From: Candidatus Aminicenantales bacterium
Lineage (GTDB): Bacteria > Acidobacteriota > Aminicenantia > Aminicenantales > Saccharicenantaceae
DNA: 64,000 nucleotides
Assembly (NCBI GenBank): GCA_049512315.1
Contig: JBEKXF010000001.1
Location: 1-64,000 of the forward strand
Direction: 5' to 3'
Shown here: piece by piece, positions 46,069 through 54,767 of the stretch
How positions within the stretch are numbered: position 1 is the first letter of the stretch
How the letters are laid out: each line of letters starts with the position of its first letter
Position numbers and translations under genes: made by a program
The notes under the pieces: model-generated
Databases searched by the model: none
What the model was told of the DNA's origin: nothing
What the model saw: the letters and a program-made list of their open reading frames with translations, nothing else

Positions 46069-49000
46069 CTATTTAATGGCTTTCAGGATCTCAGGCTGGG
46101 GCGGTGCCGCCCACTTGAATATCTCCCGGGCCTTGGCCGCCTCTCCCGCCCGCTCGAGGACGAGGGCGCCGAAGTATGAGTACGGGCCCCGCTCGTCTCC
46201 ATGGTTGCCGGTGTAATCCAGGATCGACTTCCGGATCTCCATGGCCTTGGACTTATTCCCCATCTTTTCCTGGCACAGGACTTCGAGATAATCCTGGAGC
46301 CTGACGTCCGGGGCCGCAGGCGCCCCCGTCCCAAGGGTTTCAGGATAGAGCTTCGCTTTTTCGAGGTGCTCGACCGCCGCGGCCCAGTCGCGCCTGGCCA
46401 TCCGGTCCAGGGCGACACCGATATGGGCCCTGACATAAAGCCCGTAGATGTCGCTCGCGCCCTCATAGGGAAGAGCCTGGATCTTGTCCACGACGGCCGA
46501 AGCCTCATCGTTCCGGGATAGATCCAAGAGGGATTTGACCTGGTCGACCAGAATGGGAACCTCGCCCGGGAAAAGTCCCGCGGCCTTTTCCGTCACGGCG
46601 AGAGCCTCGCCTTTCCTGCCGAGAGACTGCAGGAACCCGGCCAGGCTGTGCCAAACGCGCCAGTTCTTGCCGTCGATCCCGACGGCCCGGTTGAGATCGG
46701 CCAGGGCCTTTTCCGACGCGGTCTCGCGCTCGAGATAAGCCCGGGCGAGGAAGAATGGAGCGAAGTCGGCCGCGTCGCAGCGGGTGAAGAGGTCCCGCGT
46801 CTCTTCGATCCGGCCCTTGGCCCAGAAGATCAGCCCGAGGTAGTATTTCGGCTTCCAGTCGGCCGGCCTGGACGCCATGGCCCATTCGAAGACCGGGATC
46901 GACTCTTCGCGAAAGGGAAACACGAGGAGAGGCGAAAGGCCGAAGGCCTTGTCGAGATAGGTCGCGCTTCTGTCCCGGGCCGTATCTTTCAGGAGATAAG
47001 CCAGCCAGGCGTAGACCTCGGGCTGGGCCGGGGCGTTTTCGAGGAGCGTCACGGCGTCCGGCACGCACCCGTTCCTGACGTAGAAAAGGGCCATTTCGAG
47101 GTAGCTCTCATGGGGAAGCTCGTTTCGGATCATGGACTTGAAGCCGGTGAGCCTCGCCTCCGTCCTGTCGAGGAGGTAGCGCTCGAACCGGCCGAGGTGG
47201 TCGAGCGGGTCGAACTCCTCGAGCCGGTTCAGCGCCTCACGGGCCGTGACCGTTTTTCCGAGCTTTCTCGAAGCCATCGCCTTGATCTCGAAAGCGCTCG
47301 AATTGTACCTGTTGGAATCCAGGGCCTTCTCCGCGTACTCCAGGGCGAGCGGAAAATTCGCTTCAAAGGCCGCTATTTCGGCCAGCTGGACATAGGCCGG
47401 GGATCGGTATTCCATGGAACGGGACGCCCAGCCCAGGGTCTCTTTCGCGTCGGCCAGCCGGCTCAGGCGCCGGGCGATGAGCCCGTAGACATAGTTGGCC
47501 TCCGGGTCGTACATGGAGACGTCGAGCGCCTTGGCCGCGTAATCCAGTCCCTTCCGGTATTCGCCGCGCCGGGCGTAGAGCTCGGCGGTCCGGGCTAGGG
47601 CCCGGAGATGAAGGGGCTCGCGGGCGAGGCAGGCCAGATACTTTTCGAGGGCCTGGTGATGGAAACGCTCCTGCTCGGACCGCGCTCCGGCGAGATAGAG
47701 GCCCTCGGCCGTCCCTTCGTCGACGGCGCTGAAGCGCAGCGGCCGGCCGAGCTCTCTCGACTCAGGGCCGCTCGAATAAACGAGCCGGGCGCCGATCCGC
47801 ACTTCATAGACGCCGGGCTTTCCGGGGAGCGGGATCTCTCTCCTGAAAATCCCTTCGGGCTTGAGACGGAGACGCTCCTTGTAGACGTCTTTCCCGGACA
47901 CCCTGACGACGAGGTCGTCATCGACGGACTGGAGGGGAAAGAAGCCGATGGCCAGCCCCGTTTCCGTTTCCGCCGCGCTCAGGACGCCGATCGGGGACGC
48001 CTTTCTCATGGGGCCGATCCCGCGATATGGGAACCAGAGCTCTTTCCAGCGGTCGGTGACGGACGGGAACAGCCGGCCGTGGTCGGACTGGTCGAGCAGG
48101 CGCCCGGCCTGGGGCTCGGTGTACTGGCCGTCCTTGTCCGTGAGGAGGTCAACCCAGATCCCGCCCTGCCGGGACAGGTCCCAGATCCAGACCTTGCGGC
48201 CGGGCATGTCGTCATACAGGGCCCAGTGCCCGAACCCCGCATCGGAGTCCTGATACCAGGCCCCGTAGAAATCCTCGTATTCGCCTACCGTGAAATAGCT
48301 CTTGGAGCCGGGAGAATCGTTGTTCTTGTACCAGGAAAGGTCACGTCCCCCCGGGCTCACGGGCCACGGCTCGAGCGGGACGGAGTAGTCGTGCCCGATG
48401 TGGGAACGGCCCGGGAAGATGTATCGGAGGTCATCGGCCGTCCTGATGGCCGCGCACGACCAGTAATAATAGGACTGGCTGAAAGGGGTCGGGTTGTGCC
48501 AGAACCCGTTGGTTTCAAAAAACGCCTTGTCCGGGGGGAGGGTGATCGTGACGCTCCAGCGGGTCCGTGAGGGAAGGTCCATCGTTCCGACGACGCAGCT
48601 CGCGCTGCCGTCCCCGTTCCGGCGGATGACGTAATCAACGGGCGAGGCCGTGGACGGGGCGTGTCCGACGATCCCGAAGTTGAATTCGATCCCGCCCGAG
48701 GTCCAGGGCCCCCGGAGGGCGATCTGCCGGAATTTCATGACGTGGTTGGTATAGAGGAAATCGCGGCCGGAGGACTTGTCCGAGGCGCCCCAAACCTTGC
48801 CGCCGACCTCGGGCAGGACGGCGACCCGGACGTAGGGATTCTCCAAGCGGACGACCGTCCACTCCTTCTCCGTGGCCGAGGCGCTGAACGAGTCGTAGAA
48901 GAAATAGGGGTAGAGCCTCAGTCCCTGGCCCCACAGGCTTGACCGGGCGAAGATGGGGACCGGGTCGGGGTCGGCGTAGGGGTAGGTCCTGATGGCCTCC

Positions 49001-49122
49001 TTCTTTTCGGAGACGGTGGCCCCTCCGGCACCCGGCCCGGAGCCGGCCCGGCAACCGGCGGCGAGGAGAACCGCCGTCAAGAGGAAGATAAAGATTGCGT
49101 TTGAGGGCCTTTTCGACGTCAT
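46069..49122 (-). CDS. DUF5107 domain plus TPR protein, probable lipoprotein
   Basis: LAAGC lipobox-like, RLYPY, LENPY..V.VLPEVGGK, W.SGGIEFN, long TPR array. Confidence 0.8.
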   Translation of the reverse strand: MTSKRPSNAIFIFLLTAVLLAAGCRAGSGPGAGGATVSEKKEAIRTYPYADPDPVPIFARSSLWGQGLRLYPYFFYDSFSASATEKEWTVVRLENPYVRVAVLPEVGGKVWGASDKSSGRDFLYTNHVMKFRQIALRGPWTSGGIEFNFGIVGHAPSTASPVDYVIRRNGDGSASCVVGTMDLPSRTRWSVTITLPPDKAFFETNGFWHNPTPFSQSYYYWSCAAIRTADDLRYIFPGRSHIGHDYSVPLEPWPVSPGGRDLSWYKNNDSPGSKSYFTVGEYEDFYGAWYQDSDAGFGHWALYDDMPGRKVWIWDLSRQGGIWVDLLTDKDGQYTEPQAGRLLDQSDHGRLFPSVTDRWKELWFPYRGIGPMRKASPIGVLSAAETETGLAIGFFPLQSVDDDLVVRVSGKDVYKERLRLKPEGIFRREIPLPGKPGVYEVRIGARLVYSSGPESRELGRPLRFSAVDEGTAEGLYLAGARSEQERFHHQALEKYLACLAREPLHLRALARTAELYARRGEYRKGLDYAAKALDVSMYDPEANYVYGLIARRLSRLADAKETLGWASRSMEYRSPAYVQLAEIAAFEANFPLALEYAEKALDSNRYNSSAFEIKAMASRKLGKTVTAREALNRLEEFDPLDHLGRFERYLLDRTEARLTGFKSMIRNELPHESYLEMALFYVRNGCVPDAVTLLENAPAQPEVYAWLAYLLKDTARDRSATYLDKAFGLSPLLVFPFREESIPVFEWAMASRPADWKPKYYLGLIFWAKGRIEETRDLFTRCDAADFAPFFLARAYLERETASEKALADLNRAVGIDGKNWRVWHSLAGFLQSLGRKGEALAVTEKAAGLFPGEVPILVDQVKSLLDLSRNDEASAVVDKIQALPYEGASDIYGLYVRAHIGVALDRMARRDWAAAVEHLEKAKLYPETLGTGAPAAPDVRLQDYLEVLCQEKMGNKSKAMEIRKSILDYTGNHGDERGPYSYFGALVLERAGEAAKAREIFKWAAPPQPEILKAIK

Positions 49123-49130
49123 CGGCCCCT

Positions 49131-50042
49131 CTACTTCTTTTCCTTTTTTTCCGTGAGCTCCTGATAGATGACTTCGACCAGGCTCATGAACTGCGGCCCT
49201 CCCCCGGCGCCCGGCCGGTCTTCGACCTGGAGGATCTTTTTGATCTCGTCCAGGGACTTGCCCTCGGCGATCAGGGTTTTGACCCTGGCCTGCTTGATCT
49301 CGATGGCCCGGACAAGGCCCTCCACCTCGTCCCGGGTGACCATGTCCCCGTGACCGGGGATGAACGTCTCGATGTGGGGCCTGTGGTCCAGGATGGCCTT
49401 GAGCGTTTTGACGAGCCCGAAGGAGGATCCGTTCTTGGAACGATGGACGATGGGGTCGCGGCCGATGAAGACGAGGTCGCCGACGAACGCAGTTCTCTCG
49501 AGGTCGACATAAACGACCGTGTCGCCGCTCGTGTGGGCCGGACCGTAATGGCGGAGGGTAACCGTCCGGCGGCCGGACTGGAGCTTCAGCTCGTCCTTGA
49601 AAACCACCGTCGGGAGGTAATCCTGGAGGGCGGGCAGGTCGGCGGCGGCCTTGATCATGTCGGCCTTGACCTGTTCCTGACTGATGATGGGCAGCCCCTT
49701 GGGAAAGCCCGGGAGCCCGTTGATATGATCGCCATCACTGTGGGTGAGGATGATCTTCGTGACCGGGGCCGAGACGGTTTTCTTGAGCTCGGCGAGCATC
49801 TCCCGGACGCTCTCGGGGCTCATCTTGGCGTCGATCGCGAAGACCTCCTTGTATCCGATGATCAGGCCGGAGTTGGCCCCGGCCCCTCCCTTGACGAGGA
49901 GAAGAGTCAGGGTGATGGGCTGGATCGTCACGGGGGCCGATTCCTGGCGGGACGGCGGGTTCTGCTGGGCGAACGCGATTCCCACACGCAGGATCAGGAT
50001 TCCGGAGATGATGGCCAAGACGACCGGAAACGGGGATTTCAT
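49131..50042 (-). CDS. Exported MBL-fold metallo-hydrolase (cyclase-like)
   Basis: GANSG, THSDGDH, AHTSGD, GDL, IPGHG. Confidence 0.87.
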   Translation of the reverse strand: MKSPFPVVLAIISGILILRVGIAFAQQNPPSRQESAPVTIQPITLTLLLVKGGAGANSGLIIGYKEVFAIDAKMSPESVREMLAELKKTVSAPVTKIILTHSDGDHINGLPGFPKGLPIISQEQVKADMIKAAADLPALQDYLPTVVFKDELKLQSGRRTVTLRHYGPAHTSGDTVVYVDLERTAFVGDLVFIGRDPIVHRSKNGSSFGLVKTLKAILDHRPHIETFIPGHGDMVTRDEVEGLVRAIEIKQARVKTLIAEGKSLDEIKKILQVEDRPGAGGGPQFMSLVEVIYQELTEKKEKK

Positions 50043-50134
50043 GGCAGGCTCTCCTTGGTTCGAGTGTCCATTCCATTAGGTTTTATCCGGATGAAGGGGT
50101 TTTGTCAAACGCTCCCGGGGAAGGGCCGCCGGCT

Positions 50135-52102
50135 TCAAATGTTGATCCGGATCGGCAGGATCACGGTCGTGATCCCCTTCCACCGGAGCTCCTGCTGGAT
50201 GGCGAACGCCGTCTCGTTGTGCAGCAGCCGCCGGATGATGCCCGTCTGGCGGAACACGGACTGGCCGGCAAACACGGTCGAGCGGGGGAATTCGGCGGCG
50301 GCTTTTTCGCAGAGGCGCGAGGCCGTCGCGACGATATCCGTGCCGAGGTCGTAGCGGAAATCCGCCGGGAAGCCCATCCGCCGGGCGAGGTCGACATATT
50401 TGCGCAGGGCGTCGCCGGCCGAGCTTTCCAGGCAGGAGACGGCATCCGAGCCCTTGAACGAGCCGACGTCGACCTCGGCCACGGAGACGAAAATGAAGTT
50501 CTTGTAGAGGCCGGGGAAGCTGCGGATGATCGTCAGGAAGGTGTGGACGCCGAAGCCGTTGTAGCCGTTGACGAGCTGGATCGCCGTCATCTGCTTCGGG
50601 TCCGGCGCCGCCCTATTCGGGCGTCCTGTGGTCGGGATCTTCAGGAGGTCGTCCAGCTCCCGGACGCCCCCCCTGACCTTGTTGTAATGGGCGCGCGTCA
50701 GGTAGCAGAGGAAGATGACGACCGAGGTGATGACGAGGGTCAGCCAGCCGCCGACCGGGAATTTTTCGATGGTCGTGATCGTCAGAACCGTCAGGCAAAC
50801 CGTGAGGCCCGTCAAGTGGACCGGAAGGTGCTTTTTCCAGTGCGGCTCGGTTTTGCGGTTCCGGATGAAAAACCGCGACATGCCGAGTTCCGACAGCGAA
50901 AACGTCAAGAAGACGTTGATCGAATACATGACGACGAGCGTCGTGATATTCCCTTTGGAGTAGATGAGGAGCAGGACCGCCGCGCCCCCCATGAGCATGA
51001 CGCCGTTCTGGATTGTGAAGCGGCTGGAGAGGGACGCGAAACGGTGGGGGAACCAGTAATCCACGGCCATGTTGGCCATGACCCGCGGGCCGTCCACGAA
51101 TCCAGTCTGGGCCCCGACGAGGAGCAGCGCCCCCTCGGAAAAGATCGTGACCAGGGCCAGGATATAGCCGATTCCCCAGCTGGCGAAGACCTTGCCCGCC
51201 AGGACCGCGTTGAGAGTTTTCCCGGCCACGGGGGAAACGCCCAGCAACAGATAGCAGACGAGGATTCCGCCGGCGGTGATGGCCAGCGAAGACGCCAGAT
51301 AGACCATGGTCCTCTTGCCGTTATGGACCCGGGGCTCGCGGAGGATCTGCAGCCCGTTTGACACGGCCTCGATCCCCGTGAAGGTGCCGCCGCCCATGGA
51401 GAAAGCCCGGAGAAAGAGAAAGAGCATCCCCCAGCCGCCGAGGGACACCAGCCCGGTCCGGTAATCCGTCCGGATCTGATGAGCGACGGTGCCGATCTGG
51501 CCGGCATGGGACAGGATGCCGTAGCCGATGAGGAGAACGTGGGTGACGACGAAGGTCAGGAAGATCGGGGCCAGCATCGTCACGGATTCCTTGACGCCGC
51601 GGAGGTTGATAACGACCAGAAAAATGATCGCGGCCACGTCGAAGGGAATCTTGAAAGGCTGCCAAGCCACCGGGAAAAAACTGAAAATGGCGTCGCCGCA
51701 AGAAACGATCGAGACCGTGATGGTCAGCATGTAGTCGACGAGGAGCGCCGCGCCGGAGATGACCCCAGCCCTCTCCCCCAGAGTGTGAGTGGCGACAATG
51801 TAGCCGCCGCCCCCGGAGGGGAAGTACTCGATGATTCTGGAATAGGCGTAGGAAATAATGAAGACCGTCAGCGCCGTGGCCAGCGCGAGAAAAAGGGCCA
51901 GGTAGGTGTGCCGGCCGAGCGCCTTGAACGCTTCTTCCGGGCCGTAGGAGGCCGACGACAGGCCGTCGGCGCCGAGGCCGATCCAGGCCAGGAGCGGGAT
52001 CAGGGCGAGCTTGTGGAACAGGGAAGGGTCCTTGATGTTGCGGGGCTTGCCGATCAGGGCATCCCGGATCCTGTGACCCAGCGACCGGTTTTCGTCGACC
52101 AT
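50135..52102 (-). CDS. APC family permease, KimA/YdaO-like potassium transporter
   Basis: DGLSS.SYGPEE, PSGGGGY, DY.LTITVS, TGIEAVSNG, LHNETAF. Confidence 0.85.
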   Translation of the reverse strand: MVDENRSLGHRIRDALIGKPRNIKDPSLFHKLALIPLLAWIGLGADGLSSASYGPEEAFKALGRHTYLALFLALATALTVFIISYAYSRIIEYFPSGGGGYIVATHTLGERAGVISGAALLVDYMLTITVSIVSCGDAIFSFFPVAWQPFKIPFDVAAIIFLVVINLRGVKESVTMLAPIFLTFVVTHVLLIGYGILSHAGQIGTVAHQIRTDYRTGLVSLGGWGMLFLFLRAFSMGGGTFTGIEAVSNGLQILREPRVHNGKRTMVYLASSLAITAGGILVCYLLLGVSPVAGKTLNAVLAGKVFASWGIGYILALVTIFSEGALLLVGAQTGFVDGPRVMANMAVDYWFPHRFASLSSRFTIQNGVMLMGGAAVLLLIYSKGNITTLVVMYSINVFLTFSLSELGMSRFFIRNRKTEPHWKKHLPVHLTGLTVCLTVLTITTIEKFPVGGWLTLVITSVVIFLCYLTRAHYNKVRGGVRELDDLLKIPTTGRPNRAAPDPKQMTAIQLVNGYNGFGVHTFLTIIRSFPGLYKNFIFVSVAEVDVGSFKGSDAVSCLESSAGDALRKYVDLARRMGFPADFRYDLGTDIVATASRLCEKAAAEFPRSTVFAGQSVFRQTGIIRRLLHNETAFAIQQELRWKGITTVILPIRINI

Positions 52103-52268
52103 AGCCTTCGGCCTCTTTTCAGTCGTCCTGGTGAGCCGTTGCCTTCGTGATCTGAAAGCTCGAAGCCCGCTCATTGTACCTCTAAAGCCCGGCAAAATAA
52201 AGGGCAAGAGAGGGCCGGACCCCCGGGCTCCCGCCGGCGTCGAATCCCGTTGTCAAGAAAGGAGATAC

Positions 52269-52303
52269 AAAAAAAAGCCGGGGACGGCGGTGCCGCCCAC
52301 GGC
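52269..52303 (-). terminator. Intrinsic terminator after mdh
   Basis: Imperfect GC-rich hairpin at 52277-52303 followed by T8 on the minus strand. Confidence 0.7.
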
Positions 52304-52327
52304 CTCCTGTCACTTGCGGAATCCGGA

Positions 52328-53260
52328 TTACAGTTTGGTCTCGGCGACGGTCTTGCTGACGACGCCGATCGTCTTCTCGAACATGGCCTTCTCTTCGTCG
52401 TTGAGCTTGATCTCGAAGATCCTCTCCATGCCCTTTCCGCTGATCAGGCAGGGCACGCCGATGAAGAGGCCCTTGACGCCGTACTCGCCTTCGCAGAGCG
52501 CGGCGCAGGGCAGGACGCGGCGCTTGTCGTGGAGGTAGGATTCGGCGATGACGATCGCGCTCCAGGCCGGGCTGAAGAACGCCGACCCTTTGCCGAAGAG
52601 CTTGACAATCTCGGTCCCGGCCTCGCGGGTCCGGAGGGCGAGCCTGTCGACCTGCTCCTTGGTCGCGATCTCGGTCAGGGGCACCCCGCCGACGGTCGTC
52701 AGGCGGGGGAGGGGCACCATGTCGGGGCCGTGGCCGCCGAGGACGGTGCCGGCGACGTCGGACACCGACACGCCGAGCTCCATGGCGATGAAAGCGCGCC
52801 AGCGGGCCGTGTCGAGAGTCCCGGCCATGCCGACGACCCGGTTCTTGGGGAAGCCGGTCAGCTTGGCGAACGCGTAGACCATAGCATCGAGGGGGTTGGT
52901 GACGATGATGCAGAACGCCTGCGGAGCGTTTTGCTTGACCCCCGCGGCCACCTGGGAAATGATCTGGAGGTTGACCGCCAGCAGGTCCTCGCGGGTCATG
53001 CCGGCCTGGCGGGGCTTGCCGGCCGTGACGATGACGACGTCGGCGCCGGCGATGCCCTTGTAGTCGGACGTCCCGGTGATGTTGGCGTCATAGTTGCCGT
53101 GGGGGGCCATCTCCATCAGGTCGAGGGCCTTGCCCTTGGCGGGGTTCTCGAGCTCCGGGATGTCGAGGATAACGACGTCCCCGAGCTCCTTCTGGGCGGC
53201 GAGCATGGCCAGGATCTGGCCGATCTGTCCGCCGCCGATGAGGGCGATCTTCTTGCGCAT
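52328..53260 (-). CDS. mdh: Malate dehydrogenase (LDH-like)
   Basis: IALIGGGQIG, GKALD, TAGKPRQAGMTREDL, TNPLD, LDTAR, GGHG. Confidence 0.94.
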   Translation of the reverse strand: MRKKIALIGGGQIGQILAMLAAQKELGDVVILDIPELENPAKGKALDLMEMAPHGNYDANITGTSDYKGIAGADVVIVTAGKPRQAGMTREDLLAVNLQIISQVAAGVKQNAPQAFCIIVTNPLDAMVYAFAKLTGFPKNRVVGMAGTLDTARWRAFIAMELGVSVSDVAGTVLGGHGPDMVPLPRLTTVGGVPLTEIATKEQVDRLALRTREAGTEIVKLFGKGSAFFSPAWSAIVIAESYLHDKRRVLPCAALCEGEYGVKGLFIGVPCLISGKGMERIFEIKLNDEEKAMFEKTIGVVSKTVAETKL

Positions 53261-53344
53261 GTTCATTCTCCTTTATAAAATGGCGGCCGGGCCAACGGGC
53301 CGGCCCGCCCCGGTTGCTACAGCAGACAGGCCCCGTCGAGGGGG

Positions 53345-54544
53345 TCAACCCTTGACGTAGCCCTCCCACGTCTCCTTGAGCTTCGGGCTCTTCAGCCACT
53401 CCATGACGTAGTCGGTGAAGGCGGCGCCCGTCACCCCGGTCGAACGTCCGGTGATGGACATCTTTTTCTCGTATTGTCCGGTGATATCAAGGGCCATCTC
53501 CAGATTCTTGCCCTTTTCGGTGTAGCCGATGTGACCGAGGAGCATGGCTGCGGCCCGGATCATGCTGCAGGGGTCGGCGTACTGGGCCCGGCCTTCGGTG
53601 ACCATGCGCGGCGCGGAGCCGTGGATGGCCTCGAACATGGCGTACTGCTTGCCGATGTTGGCGCTTCCGGCCGTGCCGACGCCACCCTGGAACTCGGCAG
53701 CCTCATCGGTCAGGATGTCGCCGTAGAGGTTGGGCAGGACCAGGACCTGGAAGTCGCGGCGGCGCTTCTCGTCGACGAGCTTGGCCGTCATGATATCGAT
53801 GTACCAGTCGTCGGCCGCGATGCCGGGATACTCCTTTGCGATCCGATAAAAGTTCTCCAGGAAGCGGCCGTCGGTCGTCTTGACGATGTTGGCCTTGGTG
53901 ACGCAGGTCACGCGCTTCCGGCCGTTCTTCTTGGCGTTCTCGAAGGCCAGCCGGCAGATGCGGTCGGAGCCGGGCCCGGTGATGAGCTTGAAGTCGATGG
54001 AGATGTCGGCGTCGACATCGATGCCGTTGGAGCCGAGAGCGTAAAGGTCCTCGGTGTTCTCGCGGAAGAAGATCCAGTCGATGCCCTGCTTGGGGATGCG
54101 GACGGGCCGGACGTTGGCGAAGAGGTCGAGCTCTTTCCGTACGGCCACGTTGCAGCTCTCGATGTTCGGCCAGGGGTCGCCCTTGCGCGGCGTCGTCGTG
54201 GGGCCCTTGAGGGTGACGGGGTATTTCTTGATCTCGGCCAGGACGTCGTCCGGGATGGCCTTGTTGTGGGCGGCCCGGTTCTCGATCGTCAGGCCCTCGA
54301 TGTCCTTAATGAGGATCTTGCCCGCCTTGACCTCGTCCTTGAGCAGGAACTCAAGGACCCGCTTGGACTCGGCGGCGATGTAAACACCGATGCCGTCGCC
54401 GGGGAGGATGCCGATCTTGAGCGGGGAGAGCTTCGAGTAATCGATCCAGCCGGGAGAGGCCTTGACCTTCTCCATCCTCTTCATCTGGGCTTCGAGGAGC
54501 TTGCCGAAATGCTCCTTGGCTCTGGCAATGGCGGCGTTCTCCAT
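53345..54544 (-). CDS. icd: Isocitrate/isopropylmalate family dehydrogenase, probably isocitrate dehydrogenase
   Basis: GDGIG, LKGPTTTP, DLFANVRP, RENTED, PNLYGDILTD, FEAIHGSAP; lies between mdh and acnB. Confidence 0.8.
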   Translation of the reverse strand: MENAAIARAKEHFGKLLEAQMKRMEKVKASPGWIDYSKLSPLKIGILPGDGIGVYIAAESKRVLEFLLKDEVKAGKILIKDIEGLTIENRAAHNKAIPDDVLAEIKKYPVTLKGPTTTPRKGDPWPNIESCNVAVRKELDLFANVRPVRIPKQGIDWIFFRENTEDLYALGSNGIDVDADISIDFKLITGPGSDRICRLAFENAKKNGRKRVTCVTKANIVKTTDGRFLENFYRIAKEYPGIAADDWYIDIMTAKLVDEKRRRDFQVLVLPNLYGDILTDEAAEFQGGVGTAGSANIGKQYAMFEAIHGSAPRMVTEGRAQYADPCSMIRAAAMLLGHIGYTEKGKNLEMALDITGQYEKKMSITGRSTGVTGAAFTDYVMEWLKSPKLKETWEGYVKG

Positions 54545-54767
54545 TTTCTTCCCTCCGTTGTTGTGAATATAGACGAAAAACAGAAAAGTAATATTAGTAC
54601 TTTTTGCCGGCAAAATCAAACGAAATCTCTCCGCCCCAAGCGGAATCCGGCCAGCCCGCGACACGGCCCGCGGCGACCGGAGGTTTTGACAAAACGGCCC
54701 AAACCATCTATACAGTATGGTGCGCGGCCGGCATCCAGCGCCAAATCAGACCATCAGGAGTCAAGCC

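Noticed and set aside
52103..52260. c-di-AMP (ydaO) riboswitch upstream of the KimA-like transporter
   Set aside because: Apparent leader is short and lacks recognisable conserved riboswitch segments.
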